From Felis catus (Eukaryota): 64,000 nt of DNA. Positions 1-13,827 of the stretch are shown here, one piece after another; positions within the stretch are counted from its first letter, which is position 1; every line of letters begins with the position of its first letter. Both the position numbers and the translations under genes were made by a program. The notes under the pieces are model-generated. The model searched no databases. It worked only from the letters and a program-made list of their open reading frames with translations, and was not told the DNA's origin. Where the stretch lies: contig NC_058368.1 in NCBI RefSeq assembly GCF_018350175.1, positions 150,414,001 through 150,478,000 on the forward strand, given 5' to 3'.

Positions 1-2022
1 CATTCGCATTCTTACCACTGAGGTAAAAGTTTGTTAATATGTTGGCTTTCTACAAGTACTCATCTGACCAAAAAGCCAAACTAGTGAGGTTAATCAAAGT
101 AATATCAGCCAGAATGACAATCAGGATAATATTTTGTAATAACTATGACCTACAGGATATTTGGAAGAAATTAATACATGAAGTTTCCATACTCATTTCG
201 TACAACTTGTAAAAACGTTAGTAAAGATAATGTCATATTAAGTCAAACCAAGGATCATCCAGTCCAATATGCCAAGAGGGATTCATTCTGTGGCAGGACA
301 TACTGTCATTCAGATTCACACCTCCAGAAGTAATTTGTTTCTGCAAATATGACTAATACCTTAACAATAAACACGGGTGTGCCAGTATTTAACCTACCTA
401 AAGATTTCTTGAATCTGCTGAGAACTTAAATCTACCATCACTTCTCATAAATATATTAGCCACCTCATAAAACTGTGCTTCATGTTTACCTGAAACTTAC
501 AGTTGAGTTAAATTAAATAAATATCTATTAAGGACTTACCTAGTGAATGGTGCCATGCAAAAACAACCAGAAACACAAGGGTGGGCAAGAAGGCTTAGCA
601 AACTTATAATCACCCAGAGGCAACTAGAAATAGACAAAAGTAGCTACAATAATCATGGAGTAAAAGCTATTCTAGGGAAAAGTACATGTAAGTGATATAT
701 AAATTCCAAAAGAAATATCCACGAGGGAGAGTACTGGGGTTTGGGGAACATATTCATGTTTACTTAGAAATTTACATAACAGTGTTTTAACTTTGAACAA
801 GGTGTTGCCCATACTTAGAGCCTTCACCTTTCAAGACTGAAGCTGAACCTATTCTTTTAGTTTATCTGCTTTCGGAGAACACCTACTTCCACTTTTATCA
901 CTGCAGTCATTCTTCTCTGGACGTTTTCTAGTTACATCACTTGATTTTCACTTTCCATTAAGCATGTTTCAGTATAAATAGGCATTTGAACTTGGAATAT
1001 GAAAATCAGAAGTGAAATCCAGTCAGATCTAAGTCCCAAGAAAGGTAGGCCAAACTTTTAAGTTAAAAACAAATACATAATTAAAAGCAATTCTGTTGAT
1101 CCTATAGAGCAGTTCTAAAAAAAAAAAAAAAAAGAAAAGAAAAAAAAGAGGTTCAATTGGAAAAAGGGATTTGAAGATGGGGCAAGGAAGTCCATGGAGT
1201 TCTTATCAATTATTGAGCAAAAGCATTGGCGGGAGTGCTATAATCCATCCCAATGCCTGATTCTGTTGTTAACTGTTTGTGTAACTGTAGCTAACGCATG
1301 TCACGGCACAAGTTTGAACCGCTGTACCGGTTTTGGGTATAGCCAACCCACTTTTGTCATTTTCTAGGTGTGATGTTTGGCAAATTGCTGGTCCTTTTGC
1401 ACACTGTGTCCTTATTGATAGAATAGAAATAGCTTAGCAACCAGAATATAATGAGTTCAACAAATTCTATAACCTGCTGTTCTTAACAACAAGAAAAATA
1501 ATAAAAGCTCTCCCTTTCTTAACTTTAAACTGAATAATTTTATGTCAGAAGTTTTGCAGTGCTTCTTAACTCTGAAATTCTGTGCCTCTGTAAAACAGAA
1601 GCTATAGTTTAAGATGATTGACATCATCTTTTGCTTATTTATTTTTAAAAAGAGGCATAACTTGGAAGACAAAAATGAGGCAGCAGGTATCACTGGAGAG
1701 AGGTGGCTCTCATAGTCTGAGCCTCATGCTCAGCTTCAGCTCTGTTCTTTACTCATTTAATCATGCCAAGCAAGTCAGAGAACCTTTCTGAAGTTAGCCT
1801 TAGAAAGGGATTATTAATCCTTACCTCAATATGAAAACCCTTTGTGAACCTCAAAGCGCTACAACATCATGAGTTCTCATTGTCTTATAATACTTTGCAA
1901 ACTTAGCTGCACCATGATTCTCATGCCCATAAGCCCCCAGTTCCTCCAGAGGTGTTTCAACATTTTTGTTACAAGTACAATTAAAGCCAAATGTCAGTAA
2001 GAACAAACTTAAAATACGTTAT

Positions 2023-2064
2023 TCAGATGAGATCGGGTGTGTTCAGGGGAATGTGGCTATAGAC
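2023..2064 (-). pseudogene. 5S rRNA 5' fragment (about 42 nt), tailless retropseudogene
   Basis: The reverse complement GTCTATAGCCACATTCCCCTGAACACACCCGATCTCATCTGA matches the 5' end of mammalian 5S rRNA (GTCTACGGCCATACCACCCTGAACGCGCCCGATCTCGTCTGA). Flanked by direct repeats taaaatacgttattca (2010-2025) and taaaatatattattca (2066-2081). Confidence 0.9.
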
Positions 2065-5000
2065 GTAAAATATATTATTCAAAATATTTACCTAATTTAA
2101 AAAAAATCCAAAATCCTCTGAAATTTCTGCTTTGGATTTATTCATAATTGTTACTTATTCATTCTATTAAACTTTATGTCTATGGCAAAGTCTGCTTTCC
2201 AAGTGCACTCAACATCATAGAGCATTCAGATCTGTGTCTCAAGCTAATGAGAATATGTTGGGAGAGATTCTATTTCAATTTAAGATGTTTTGTTAAAATT
2301 ATTCTTGAAATCAATTCACCAATATTCACTGAGTCCCTCCTACAAGAAAGGCATTGAGATGGGGGCTGGAGTAAATACAAAATGAGTCAGATCAAGTTAC
2401 CGACCTCAGGAAGTTGACAAACCTGATAAAGTACAAAACAGGTACACAAATGATTGTTTCTGAGGATAAGATAAATGCCCTGAGAAAAATAGAAACAAAG
2501 TTTTATGAGAGAATCAAAAAAGGAAAAGATACACTTCACCTGGAGAAGAATTCCATTTGCAATTAGAAAAGTTCTTTTCAGGACAGGTCTGCCAATAACT
2601 TGCAAATTAAATATCTGAAAAGACTATAATTATAATGCAGGGTGGCCCATTTACAGAAGTCCCACTTAACATAATGTGATTTCAACAGTAATAAGATAAA
2701 GAACACATAGTTGAAGCGCATATAGATCCTCTTTCTTAAGGGACACAAAGGATTTTTCCTGCCAACTTTTTTCTTAAATGGGTCATCCTATCTAATAGGA
2801 TCACGACATTTTTTTTAATAAGATAAATTTGAAGAGCTGATACAAATTTTCTGGATGAAAACGAATCGTTTTTATTTGTGTTCGCGGACTCTATGTGAAG
2901 TTCCATGCATGCAATGCCCTCTGGCATTTCTGCGGGGGGCGGTAACTCAGCCATCAGGGCACCACAGGGTCATGCAGACCTCCAGGGAAGGAGGCGGCTC
3001 CCAAAGAGGCCCCTCTCCACGATATCTTTCTTTGGAGTCTAGTGGCCCTCTCTAAAGGCTAGGGTCCCTCACCCTTACCCCTCTGCCCTCCCCCAGCCTG
3101 GGTCTGGGTACCATTAGTGCACTGGAGCAGTAATTTCACTAAATTGTACCTTAGTGGCCCCCTATTACGAAAGGAAGTGTGAATGCTGCCAAAGCCCTTT
3201 CCTAACTGGCAATGGAATCACAGGTCAGAAAACATCTTTAGCAAGCATAAATTATTAGGCTCACTATAAAAGAGAACTGACAGATGAAACAGGCATTTCC
3301 ATGAGTGAACAATACAGCTTCAATTCAAAGACTGCTGATTGGGTGTTCAGCCTTCCAGCATAAACAGCTATTCAAATTTTAAACTGTAACCAAGTGAATA
3401 AAGAGAAGGAATGCCACGGCCACCTCGGGTTCTTCAGAACAATTCAACAAGGGATGTGATATAAATAAAATGTCAACCTATAGGTTGAGTATTTCTTCTT
3501 CTTCCCAAGGGTGCTTCACAGCCCATGAAACAGAAGGTCAGTGTTTCAGACCAGAGTCTGCTCTGGAAACCTGGAGAGCCAAGTTCCCCCCACTGGCTGT
3601 CCCAGAGCCTCGCCAGGAGATGGTCACTGAGCACATCAGCCTCTCTCTCCTCCTCCCCTGTCTGTCTGAGTCGTTCCCAGCCTCCCCTTTTGTAAGATGT
3701 TATCTGTATTCATGGGGTGAGGCTGTTGAGGATGAAGTCACAAACATGTAATTATGAACCTCGGAGCAATGCAAAGCATTCTACTCATAGGAAATGTAGA
3801 CACTGTCAGTTTCTTGCTGAGATGCCACAAAGGAAGAGCGCCTCCCTGAGATAAACCTATACATAGGTAGCAGAATGAAAAGCATTTATCTCCACGGTTT
3901 GCCAAAAGACGCAAATCCCGGATGTTTAAAGTCTCCTAGCATTTCTCAGGATGTGATAAGAACCTAGGACCATCTGCGATCCTTGCTTGGATGTAAATAT
4001 CTGGTTAAAATAGAAGCACGTAGCTGTGCATATCTGGTAACAGGAGACACATGAGTGCTTAGTGCTTGCTAAGAGAGAATGCTTGACTCTTTTACCAACA
4101 GAGTACATTTCTCACGAATGCCAAAATATTGGCCGCTTCTGTGTCAGGCTTAAATTGGGTCCCCTTGAGTCTCAGAAGGTCACTAGCAGTAATTTGAGGC
4201 AGCAGTAACAAAGGATGTGAAGTGAACTTTCTTCCCTGAGCAACCTTGCCTCTGTGCCTTCTGAAGGACCTACCTACGGAGTGCTCTGCCCCCAGCCCTT
4301 GCCCCCATGAAATCAGTTTAGGTTGCTTTCCCTAAAAAGGGCACCTGTTACCACAGAAACACTTGCTCATCAGTGGTTGCTCTCAGGTTAATTTTTCAGT
4401 AGTTTCCAATGCAAGCTGGGAAGTCTTCCAACACTGAGGATATCCATCCAGAGAGCTCTCAGGTCAGTGGAGAGCTCTGATTGCTTTTAATGTGTTTTAA
4501 TCAGAGCACACAAATAGCTTCGTTTACATTGAAGATCTAGCAAAGTTAAGTTTTGTAATTTATATGTATTATTTTCCATTCCGATATATTTGCATCAGGT
4601 CATAATTACTGAAGGCCTAGAAGTCACTATGAAAAAATCTGTTTGGGATGATGTTTCTTTACATTGACTACAATTATACAAACAAATGGGCCTTCCTGCC
4701 CTGAAGAACTACTTTCCAAATTCCTTGCCTCCTGGAATATGCTGGTAACAGTGCTTTTAGATGCCACGGACAGAGTCCTTAAAAATAAAGAAGTTCTACT
4801 GATGAGAAGAACTACTCTAAAATGTGCCATGAAATGAGACTAATGACTTTAAGAAAATTGCACATATGTGCCACTAGGTATGCCTTTGATAACCTCGGGT
4901 TGAGTTCTCATTCATGTAGTGTCCTCCCCATAACTACCGTTTAAATAAGGGGACTGTATGACCCATGTGATTTTAGGGAAGAGTATTTCCATGACCACCA

Positions 5001-5346
5001 TCTAGCACTACTATAGAGAAACACAATGTGTAAGAGCATGTTGTTATCAAAAATAACTCTGCCAAGATGGTAGACATGCCTGTGTCATAATGGTGTCTAG
5101 AACCTGAACATCTCATGCAACCTGCCATCAACGGGAATGTGCTAAGCCTCCATCCAGTTACTGGGTTGTTGGCATATGTATTTTACTGACCAATGATTAT
5201 CAATTTCCATAGCAATATTCCAAAGGATTCAAGTTGGCTTAGTTTTCCATACTCCAATCCAGTGATTTTGTTGTTACACTACAGCATATGGCAAGAAATG
5301 TTCTTCCCTTTGTGTGATAGGAGGGTGCTTTATCAGATATTTTTCT

Positions 5347-5560
5347 GGGGATGCCTGGGTGGCACAGTCAGTTAAGCATCCAAACTATTGATTTCGGCTC
5401 GGGTCATGATCTCACGGCTCGGGGGATCAAGCCCTGCATCCGGCTCTACACTGACACTGTGGAGCCTGCTTGGGAGTCTCTCTCTCTCTTCTCTCTCTGC
5501 CCCTCCCTCTGTTTGCTCACACTTTCTCTCAAAAAAAAAATACTGATAAACTTTAAAAAA
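5347..5560 (+). mobile_element. Can-SINE (tRNA-derived, feliform type)
   Basis: ggggatgcctgggtggcacagtcagttaagc head, (CT)n tract, A-rich tail. Confidence 0.93.
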
Positions 5561-5920
5561 TTTTTCTTCTGTTCTAATATATCTGAGTGAAGCAAGTTCA
5601 TATATAGCCTGATTCAGGAAGTTTTCAGAGAAAACCTGTATATTGTCACCCACTAGTTATCTTACTACTGTCTTTATAGGCAAGGCAATTATGAGATGAA
5701 TTGTATAACTAGATATAACCCCAATGATAAAAACCTTGATAAAAGCAGTAATCTTCAAACCTGCTACTTTTACTCTGTAAGTCCTAAAACATTTGCATCT
5801 CTTCTAGATAGATCTTTGTTCATGATATTACAAACTTCCATTGTGCCACATGTATTCCTTTATCATAACAATCTCTAGCTTGTGATCACATGTATTCGAT
5901 ATTTGTCTTTTCTCTTAATC

Positions 5921-6116
5921 GGTGATTCTCAACTCTGGGTGCACATTTTAAATTCTGGGAGCTTTTGAAAAATACTTTATAATAATTTAAAAGCCAATAA
6001 AAACTGAATCGCCATGTGTTTGTGCAAATGTTGAGGGCGGGGGAGGAAGACTCTTGTTGTCTTTTTTTCATTTCCAAGGTGATTTTCACACTCAGCTAGA
6101 GACAAAAACCACTGCC
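5921..6116. mobile_element. MER5-like non-autonomous hAT DNA transposon fossil
   Basis: gtgattctcaactctgggtgcacatt...gggagcttttgaaaaatac...ggtgatttt...aaccactgcc resembles MER5 ends and body. Confidence 0.55.
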
Positions 6117-6689
6117 CAATATTGTTAGCTCTGAAGAAAAGGACTTCTTCCGTATCTCGATGCTTGGAAAATAAGAGTACTCAAAAATTCACGTTAAATA
6201 AATAAATGAATATCACACTATTATCATGCACAACACATTCCTTTGTCAACAGCAGAAGCATGAATTTTAAGAACCTCCCATATTTAAAACTAACCTTGGA
6301 CAACTGGCCTCTGAGTGTTATTTCTGATGAAGCAGAAGTTGATGAAATTATGTGCGATGAATTACATGATGTTACTTCAGGTCTTCCTTTTTAAGCTTCA
6401 ATTGTCACTCTGCAGTGGCCTCAGCTGCAGAATGCCATCCAGCACTGTTACATCAGCAACTCCCCACCCCTGGAGTACACAGCAGAAGGCGTGCTTCTGG
6501 AGTACACAGGCAGAAGACGTACACTAGAGGGTAATCTGTACACTCTTCCCACACCTCCCCTACCTTTTCAGGTCCATGAGCACAGAGCTCCACATGAAGG
6601 AAACTTGCTGCATTAGCAAAAGGAACATTGACTTTTTCATTCCTTCATATCAAAAGGTGTTGAGACATAAAATTACTGATTTCCTACTT

Positions 6690-7060
6690 AGAATATAAAG
6701 ACATATGCATATCTACAGTTAGTGACATTCCTGATCCATCCAGATTATGGGTCTGGTGGAAGCAGCAAGCGAGATGTTCTTGAAGGGCAGTATCTTCCCA
6801 CCTTAATATCAAAGTCAAAAATACACACCTGAAGTGATTTCTGTAAAATTCAGGACAATGATTACTTCTGGGGGAAGGAAGAGGTAAGATTAGAAAAAGG
6901 CACATGCAGGGAGGGTGGCTGAAAGAATTCTAGTTCTTGGCCTGGGTGGGGAGTGGTTATAAGATTTTCACTTGAAATAAGCCATTAAGCTACACATTCA
7001 TCTGGTAGGTTTTTCTGGCTCTGTGTTTTATTTTATAATAATATAAAATTTAAAATTAAA
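6690..7060 (+). mobile_element. Ancient L1M 3' UTR fragment
   Basis: gattacttctggggga...ttctagttcttggcctgggtgg...ctacacatt...A-rich end, typical of old mammalian L1 3' ends. Confidence 0.45.
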
Positions 7061-10000
7061 TTGCATTAATAGTCAACAGATAGTTTAAACCAATTTTAAT
7101 TTAAAATAATTCATCTCACTGTAAAAGTTAAATATAAGTATATGAAGCATCAAAAACTATATCTGAATTCAACTTGTCTTTTACATCTATCTACATATTC
7201 GTTCTTACCACTGGTTGGATTATTGAGTTCTTGAAGTGTGTTCTTCCCTCCTTTCTCAGGCTTCAAGTGGAGTTCCCTTCAATTCAACTGTGGGTTCAGA
7301 GGGTAAGTTTATACTTTCTCAGTAGAAACCATCTGGGTTTCTACTAGTGACTTTTATCACGTGCCTGCTCTGCCTTCTCCTTTCCAGACAGAAGAGTGCA
7401 AGCTTTTCCACCTATCATCACAGGAAAGAACCCCCAGACCCTTAAGCACCTTAGTTCTCTATAGATTTAGTTGGGGATATAGAATTCAAGAATAGTTTAA
7501 GTTGTTTTTCCCAGCTTTATATATCTTCCACCATCTTTTTCCTCCTAAGTAAAACTTTAGTTATAATTATGGAGTAATTCAGGTGGCTCTTTTTTATTTC
7601 TCCCCAATTCCTTGATTTCTCCTTGAGTCTCTTTTGTGTCTGTCAGTCAGTTGACATTTCCTGAACATCCAACTCTATGCTTTGTGAATTTCGCCAGTTT
7701 CTCAGAGTGATTCTGACGTCTCTGGGTTTTCTTCTTATTTTATACTTTTATAGTTCCTCTCTCTCCTCTCTTGGTAAATATGTCTTCCAACCCCTCCTTT
7801 TCCTCCCACTGTTTCCTGAAGGAATTAATGAATATCTATATACTTTCTTTGTTAGTCTTCCATCCTCATACCTACTTTTCACCCCTGCCACAGCTAACAT
7901 ATTTCCTGAAGTAAATTGGATTACTCACTGCATCCAATTGTCATTGACAGACATTCAAGTTCATATCCCCTCAAGCCTGCTTTAGTTTATTAGCTTGAAT
8001 TCTAACTTTTAGGATTCTATTTGACAAAGAATATATTTAAATCCTTATTGAGGATAATAATCCTAATAATAATTCCTACTCAAAGCATATTTCACTCATG
8101 AAGTGTGTGTATTTTCTAAATTAAAAAAATGCATTAATCTTCTTAATCCTCCAGTGAGCCAAGAAGAAAGTATAATTATTCCCATTTTGCATATGTAATC
8201 ACTGAGGTAAAACAATGCATATTTCCCTAGTGGCTAAACAGAACAGGAAGGAAATAAGTACCTGACTCAAGTTATCAGGTGGGCCACAAAGAAAAAATTT
8301 CATGAAAAGTCAAGAAAATCCAGATGAACCCTCTGTGCCAATGACTTACCATTGCCTCCCTTGAAATGATTATAGTGAATATTTATTCAGAAAATTCTAA
8401 GATAGCTCATGTGTGTCATGCTACCCTGAATAGGAAATGTCAAAAGACAGGGAATAAGAGAAATGCCAGGAAGAACATGACCCACAGAGATGATTAATAT
8501 GGAGTTTGCCCATTGAGATACAAAATTTAAATGAGTATCTTTGACTTAATGCAACCTGAGGATGAAGAATCCCTGGAGATTCTTCTAAGACCTGAAACAG
8601 TGCCTTTCCAGAGTTCAGAGACCTGACTAAACTTTCTCTCACCCTCTTTCTCCTTATACAATGCTGTCCCTGCCTTGGGAAGCTCTATCACATGAGGAGA
8701 AATGAAAAATCACTTTAAACTTCATTCATACAGGAGAACTGGAGGGAAATAGAATGATTCCCCAAACATGTCTGTGACATCACAGGCACAGTAAGTGTAG
8801 AATTGTTGGAGTGAGTAAAAAACAAAAAATCACAAATTGTAATTTCGATCTTCAACAGTTTTAGATACAGTTTCTGGCCATTACAATACTTAACATATAA
8901 ACAGGAAGCCTACAGAAAAATCTCTTCCTGAGGGCCAAAATGCCATTAGATTTGTTTCTTGCTTGCTAGATCAATTCAATAACATTAAGTGCTTTTTTTT
9001 AATAGACCAGTGTGTTTACCCCTTAGTTAAAGCAGGTGATCCTATTCAACTAGAATTTCCTTATATCCAGATACCAATTCATAGCACCAGATCTGCTCAT
9101 GGTTCTGCTGATGAACAGTAGGTCATCGTCCACAGTAATAGGTTGCCTCCATTGTAACTCTTATTTCCCATATTTCTTATTAGGATTTTATTACTATTGC
9201 TATTATTATTCACTCAGGTGTATGAGTGGAGTCCTTGCAGTTTTCTTTTTCACTTTTAGGAGGAATTCATCCCACCTTTAACCTTCTCCTTCTTACTATC
9301 TTTGAAATCACAATGATGAGCAATCTTTCTTAAGGAATGAAGGGAACTTTGAGAGTTACTCCCATGTAGCACACACTTCTTGTACAAATTAAGATGTTAT
9401 TCTTCTGAGTTCCTGTCAGCTTACAAGACCCACTAATAAAAATCCAGATAGTCAAGAAAACATTGCTTTGCTGGACTTTTTCAGAAAACTATGTTCCACT
9501 GTGATAAATTAAAAAACCCAGCTGAAGAGGCAGAACTTTTAGGCAACAGGATAAGTGTCTAGGAGCTATAGAAGATTCCCCTGAAGAAAGCTTCAAGCCA
9601 ATAGTTGCAGGTGCACAATAAGGGTATTGAGTAGACAAATAGATTCAGAGTCACTGCTATGTTCCATTTCCTAACCCCTAACCCCATTCTCAGAACTGTA
9701 AAAGAAAACAAAACAACCCTTTGGTCCTAATAACTATACCAGGTGCCATAACATCAATACAAGGATGTTAAGATTTTTTTTTTTTGACACTGGATTGGTT
9801 GGGATGAAAAAGAGCCAGGCCCATTGTGCATATGCATATTATGCTAACATGTACATCTATGATGAGGAAATAAAAGAAAAAGAGTTGTAGAATTATTCTT
9901 TTATGTCTGACAGGGTACTATTTCATTATTTTTATATTGAGATATCATCTGACCTCCATCCCAAATATAGGTGTTCATAGCTTTTTGCTATGAACATGGA

Positions 10001-12068
10001 AAACCATTTGTGCTGACAGGCTGATCATATTCTCAAAAGGTCAGGATCTGCTGTAAATGTGCTTTTCCTTCATCATTTTGTCATTTTTATGGAGTCTTTT
10101 CAAATTTTGTGTCAACATATGTGTTCCTCACATCTGGGTTGACATCTCACTTCAAAAGTGTGTTTTATCCCTATTGCTTCAAATGCATGAAATTAGATAA
10201 CCCATTTTTAATAAGTAAAAATAATTTTATGAAGAGAAGTATCTATAGTATTGAAAATGTGTCAACACACTGATAACTGTTTTCCCTTGATGTATATCTG
10301 GAAGTTCTCTCCAAATTTAGTGTGGTAGAAATGGACAGATATCATTAATCTTTGGAGAGGCAAAAATGGTCAAATATTATTAATTTCCTTTACTACACAG
10401 AGCCACATGAAGATTCTTCCAAAAGAGCCATTTGAGGATGAAAGTTAACTCTTCTCATTCTCAGTTAAGGCTATCTCATTTTGAATCACTGCCTAAGGAG
10501 CATAATGTTGGAGCATAGGTTAGTACAGGTTCAAGTTGTGACACAATCTCTCCCTCTAGTTTTGGTTCAGGAAAGTAGATGGAAAGGAAAAGGGATTTGA
10601 TGTCTGATTGAATTGGGGACCGGAGAAGAAGAAGGAGGAATCAATTACCTGTCCTCTCCCCTTGTTGTTCTTAAATTCCATAACCTTCTATCCCAAACCA
10701 TTTGTTCTTCCCACTTCCCAACAATGGCTTCTTTATTCCATTTCTAATCCTCAATTTGTCAATCTAGAACACTACAAATATCAATAATACAATTCAAAAC
10801 CTACTTCCTGTGGGAAGACTGCTGGTTATTCCTTCCACGCAAATAAAAGCACTCTAGCATTTTCCTCCAGTTTTCATATACAGCCAAGAGTACCTCAAAG
10901 CTGGAAGGGATCTTTGAGATCCTCTAGATCAGATCTGGATTTCTAAAAAGAGGACAGAGAGGTTCAGATAAAATGATTCCCCAAATTCATACAACTATAA
11001 TGCAACTCCTCTGATTCTGCCTTCAGTGATTTGTTTTGTTTGTTTGTTTGTTTGTTTGTTTGTTTGTTTAATGCAAATGATTTATTCCAGTGAGATTTCT
11101 ATTGTCATTGTTGTTTTTGTTTTTGATGACAGTGGGAATTGCCATCCTTTCTATGCTGGAGGGTTGTTAGTGATCCCACTCAGGAACAAGGGTGGAGGAG
11201 GGGCCATCAGATCCTGAAGACCCTTGCCTGGCCCACATTCCATACAGACTGAATAGTGACCAGAGCCCTCTCTGAAGGAAGACATGGGGTGTTGATGACT
11301 ATATTTGCTTGACAGGGGACCACAGGTTCTATGTTTTAAAAATATCCCTACCTTAACAAAGTCAAGGATATAAAAGCACCATTCAGACACTGAACTATTT
11401 TCAGTATTCAAAGCTTCATTGTCAAAAAGTTTTACTACTGAAGCTAAAATTATTTTCTGCCATTGCTCTTGAAATAAAAGCAAGAGAGGATTTTTGAACT
11501 AGATCATTTTGTCCAACTTCTCCTAAAACAATAGTTGCTTTTTCCCATTCTGCTTAAGCTTGCTATTTTAACAAGTTGACAATTTCCAAATGCCTAAAAT
11601 GAATTGTTTTAATGGCTTCAGCCATAAAATCTCATGTCCATATCCCTAAGTTACAACTCAGAAAGGCAAGACACCATCTTCACAAATACCCACTTCCCAG
11701 CTCAAAATGAGAATGTCAAAACCAAACCCTAGAGCATTCTTGCTCCCCTTGGAGGTTCCAAAACAAAGCTATTCCTCCCAAATAGAAGAATGCTTTGATG
11801 GCCTCGCAACCTTAAGGCCAGACAGGAAGATCTAACCTAGATTTTTCTAAATGAAATATTACCATTATCTTTGTAAAAACTCAAGCCATGTCTCCCATGT
11901 TACCCTGATAAAAAGCTTATATGGATAGCAAAGTAGAATTCTGGACTATACTTTCTGTTTGGTTATTCTGTCAGCCCTCAACTTAATTATCTGTCTGCAT
12001 ACTATTCCAGTTATCATATGTTCCCCAAGCAGTAATTAATAACATCTGCCATACATGGTGTTTCAGGC

Positions 12069-12217
12069 TGCTATGGGCTGCATATTTGCATCCCTTCAAA
12101 GTTTATATATTGAAATTCTAACTTCCAGGGTAATGGTATTCAGGGGTGGGGTCTTTGGGAGGTAATTTGGAGTAGGTGGAATTAGTGACCTTAAAAACAG
12201 AGGAAAACAGAAATATC

Positions 12218-12266
<49 letters not shown>

Positions 12267-12470
12267 CTCCACATGCATACACTGAGGAAAGGTCATGTGA
12301 GCACACAAGAAGGCAGCATGTCTACCAACCAGGAAGAGAGCTGTCACTAGGAACCAAATCTGCTGGGATACAATCTTGGAATCCCCAGACTTCAGAACTG
12401 TAAAGATAAATTTCAGTTGTTTAAGCCACCCAGTCTCTGGTATTTTGTTACAGCAACCTGAGCTAAGACA
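12069..12470 (+). mobile_element. MaLR solo LTR (MLT1A-like)
   Basis: TG...CA ends; tgctatggg...gtattcaggggtggggtctttgggaggtaatt...ccagacttcagaactgt...tttaagccacccagtctctggtattttgtta...ctaagaca; internal (CT)n. Confidence 0.85.
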
Positions 12471-12819
12471 CAGACACTATACTAAATATTTTGCACTCAG
12501 TATCTTACTTAAAATTTAGACAAATTCCAATAGGAGACACATTTTCCCCATTTTACAAATGGGAAAACTATGTCTTAGATTAAATAGTTCTTCAACCTGA
12601 AGAATGTAAAGTGGCAAAGTTGGATTTCAAATATGCTTAACCCTGAATCATGCTGCATAGTACATAGTAGACATCAAATAATTGAATACCTCTTACTTCT
12701 TCTACTTCAGCACTTTAAAAGTGTCCATTTATACATACATCTTCATCACACATCTAGAAGTTCTTTGAGGGCCAATATTATTGTATTCTCATTGTCTAAC
12801 ACATAGCAGGTGCTCACTA

Positions 12820-12941
12820 GAAGAAAGAAGGAGAGGAGAGGGGAGGGGAAGGGAGAGGGTGGGATAAGACAAGAGGAGAGGAGAACAGAGGAGAGGGGAG
12901 GGGAGGGAAGGAGAGTAAAGGAAAGGAGAGGGAAGGAAAGG

Positions 12942-13032
<91 letters not shown>

Positions 13033-13036
13033 AGAG
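12820..13036 (+). repeat. Polypurine compound microsatellite (GGAGA/GA/GAAA)
   Basis: Directly visible tandem repeats. Confidence 0.95.
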
Positions 13037-13070
13037 AAAAAATGGTGTATATGAATCCATAATCAGTAGG

Positions 13071-13468
13071 TATATTAGTTTACTAGGACTACCATAACAA
13101 AGGACTACAAACTGGATGGTTTAAATGACTGAAATATATCAATGCATAGTTCTGGAGACAAAAAGTCTGAAATCAAGGTATCATCAGGGGCAGTACTATT
13201 CCAAACCTCTTACCTAGGCCTGTAGGTAGATGGCCAGCATCTCCCTATGTCTCTCCGCAATGTCTTCCCTCCATGTATATTTCTGTGTCTAAATTTCTCC
13301 TTTTGTAAGAGTACCGGTCATACTGGATTAGGGCTCAACCTAATGACCGCATTTTAAATTGATTACCTCTGTAAAGACCCTATTTCCAAATAAGTTCACG
13401 TTTTGAGATACCAGAAGTCAAGACTTCCACATACAGTTTTGGAGGGAATCACAATTCATCTCATGACC
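13071..13468 (-). mobile_element. MaLR solo LTR (MLT1B/C-like)
   Basis: tattagttt..ccataacaaag..acaaactgg...agttctggag...ctgaaatcaagg...ggattagggc...aaagaccctatttccaaataag. Confidence 0.8.
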
Positions 13469-13700
13469 ATGGTAATATAGATGTTCTCCATATAAGGCAC
13501 AGCTGGCCACAACACAATCCTGCCTTTTGAGGGATATGGGAGGTATGTGCAGGAATCTCTATGCCTGAGACATGGCCTAATCTCACAACAAAAGAGCTAA
13601 CAATTGAATCTGTTACATGATGGCTCAACTTATTTGTGTGAGACTCTATCCCTCCGGCAGGCAAGCTATAAACTGAACTACAGACAATTTTAAAGCATCA

Positions 13701-13827
13701 TTTTTTTTAAGTAGGCTTCAGGCCCAGCATGGACCCCAACACAGCACTCGATCTCACGACCCTGAGATCAAGACCTGAGCTGAGATCAAGACTCAGACAT
13801 GCAACGGACTGAGCCATCCAGGCACTC
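13701..13827 (-). mobile_element. Short (older) Can-SINE
   Basis: gatctcacgaccctgagatcaagacctgagctgagatcaag...gactgagccatccaggcac; poly-T at left; TSD-like gcatcatt. Confidence 0.85.

Noticed and set aside
2880..3170. Possible CpG island or promoter with GC box
   Set aside because: Too short and too few CpGs. The GC-box and CTCF-like matches are partial, and no exon is evident.
4450..4480. Hairpin agagctctc/gagagctct
   Set aside because: A 9-bp stem around a palindromic site is expected by chance, and prokaryotic-style terminators do not apply here.
4757..4778. REST/RE1-like motif (ccacggacagag)
   Set aside because: The left half-site TTCAGCA is absent.
12746..13097. Low-complexity ORFs rich in R/K/E or F/L/S (also 26746-27087, 27540-27865, 56521-56736)
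   Set aside because: Translations of microsatellites.
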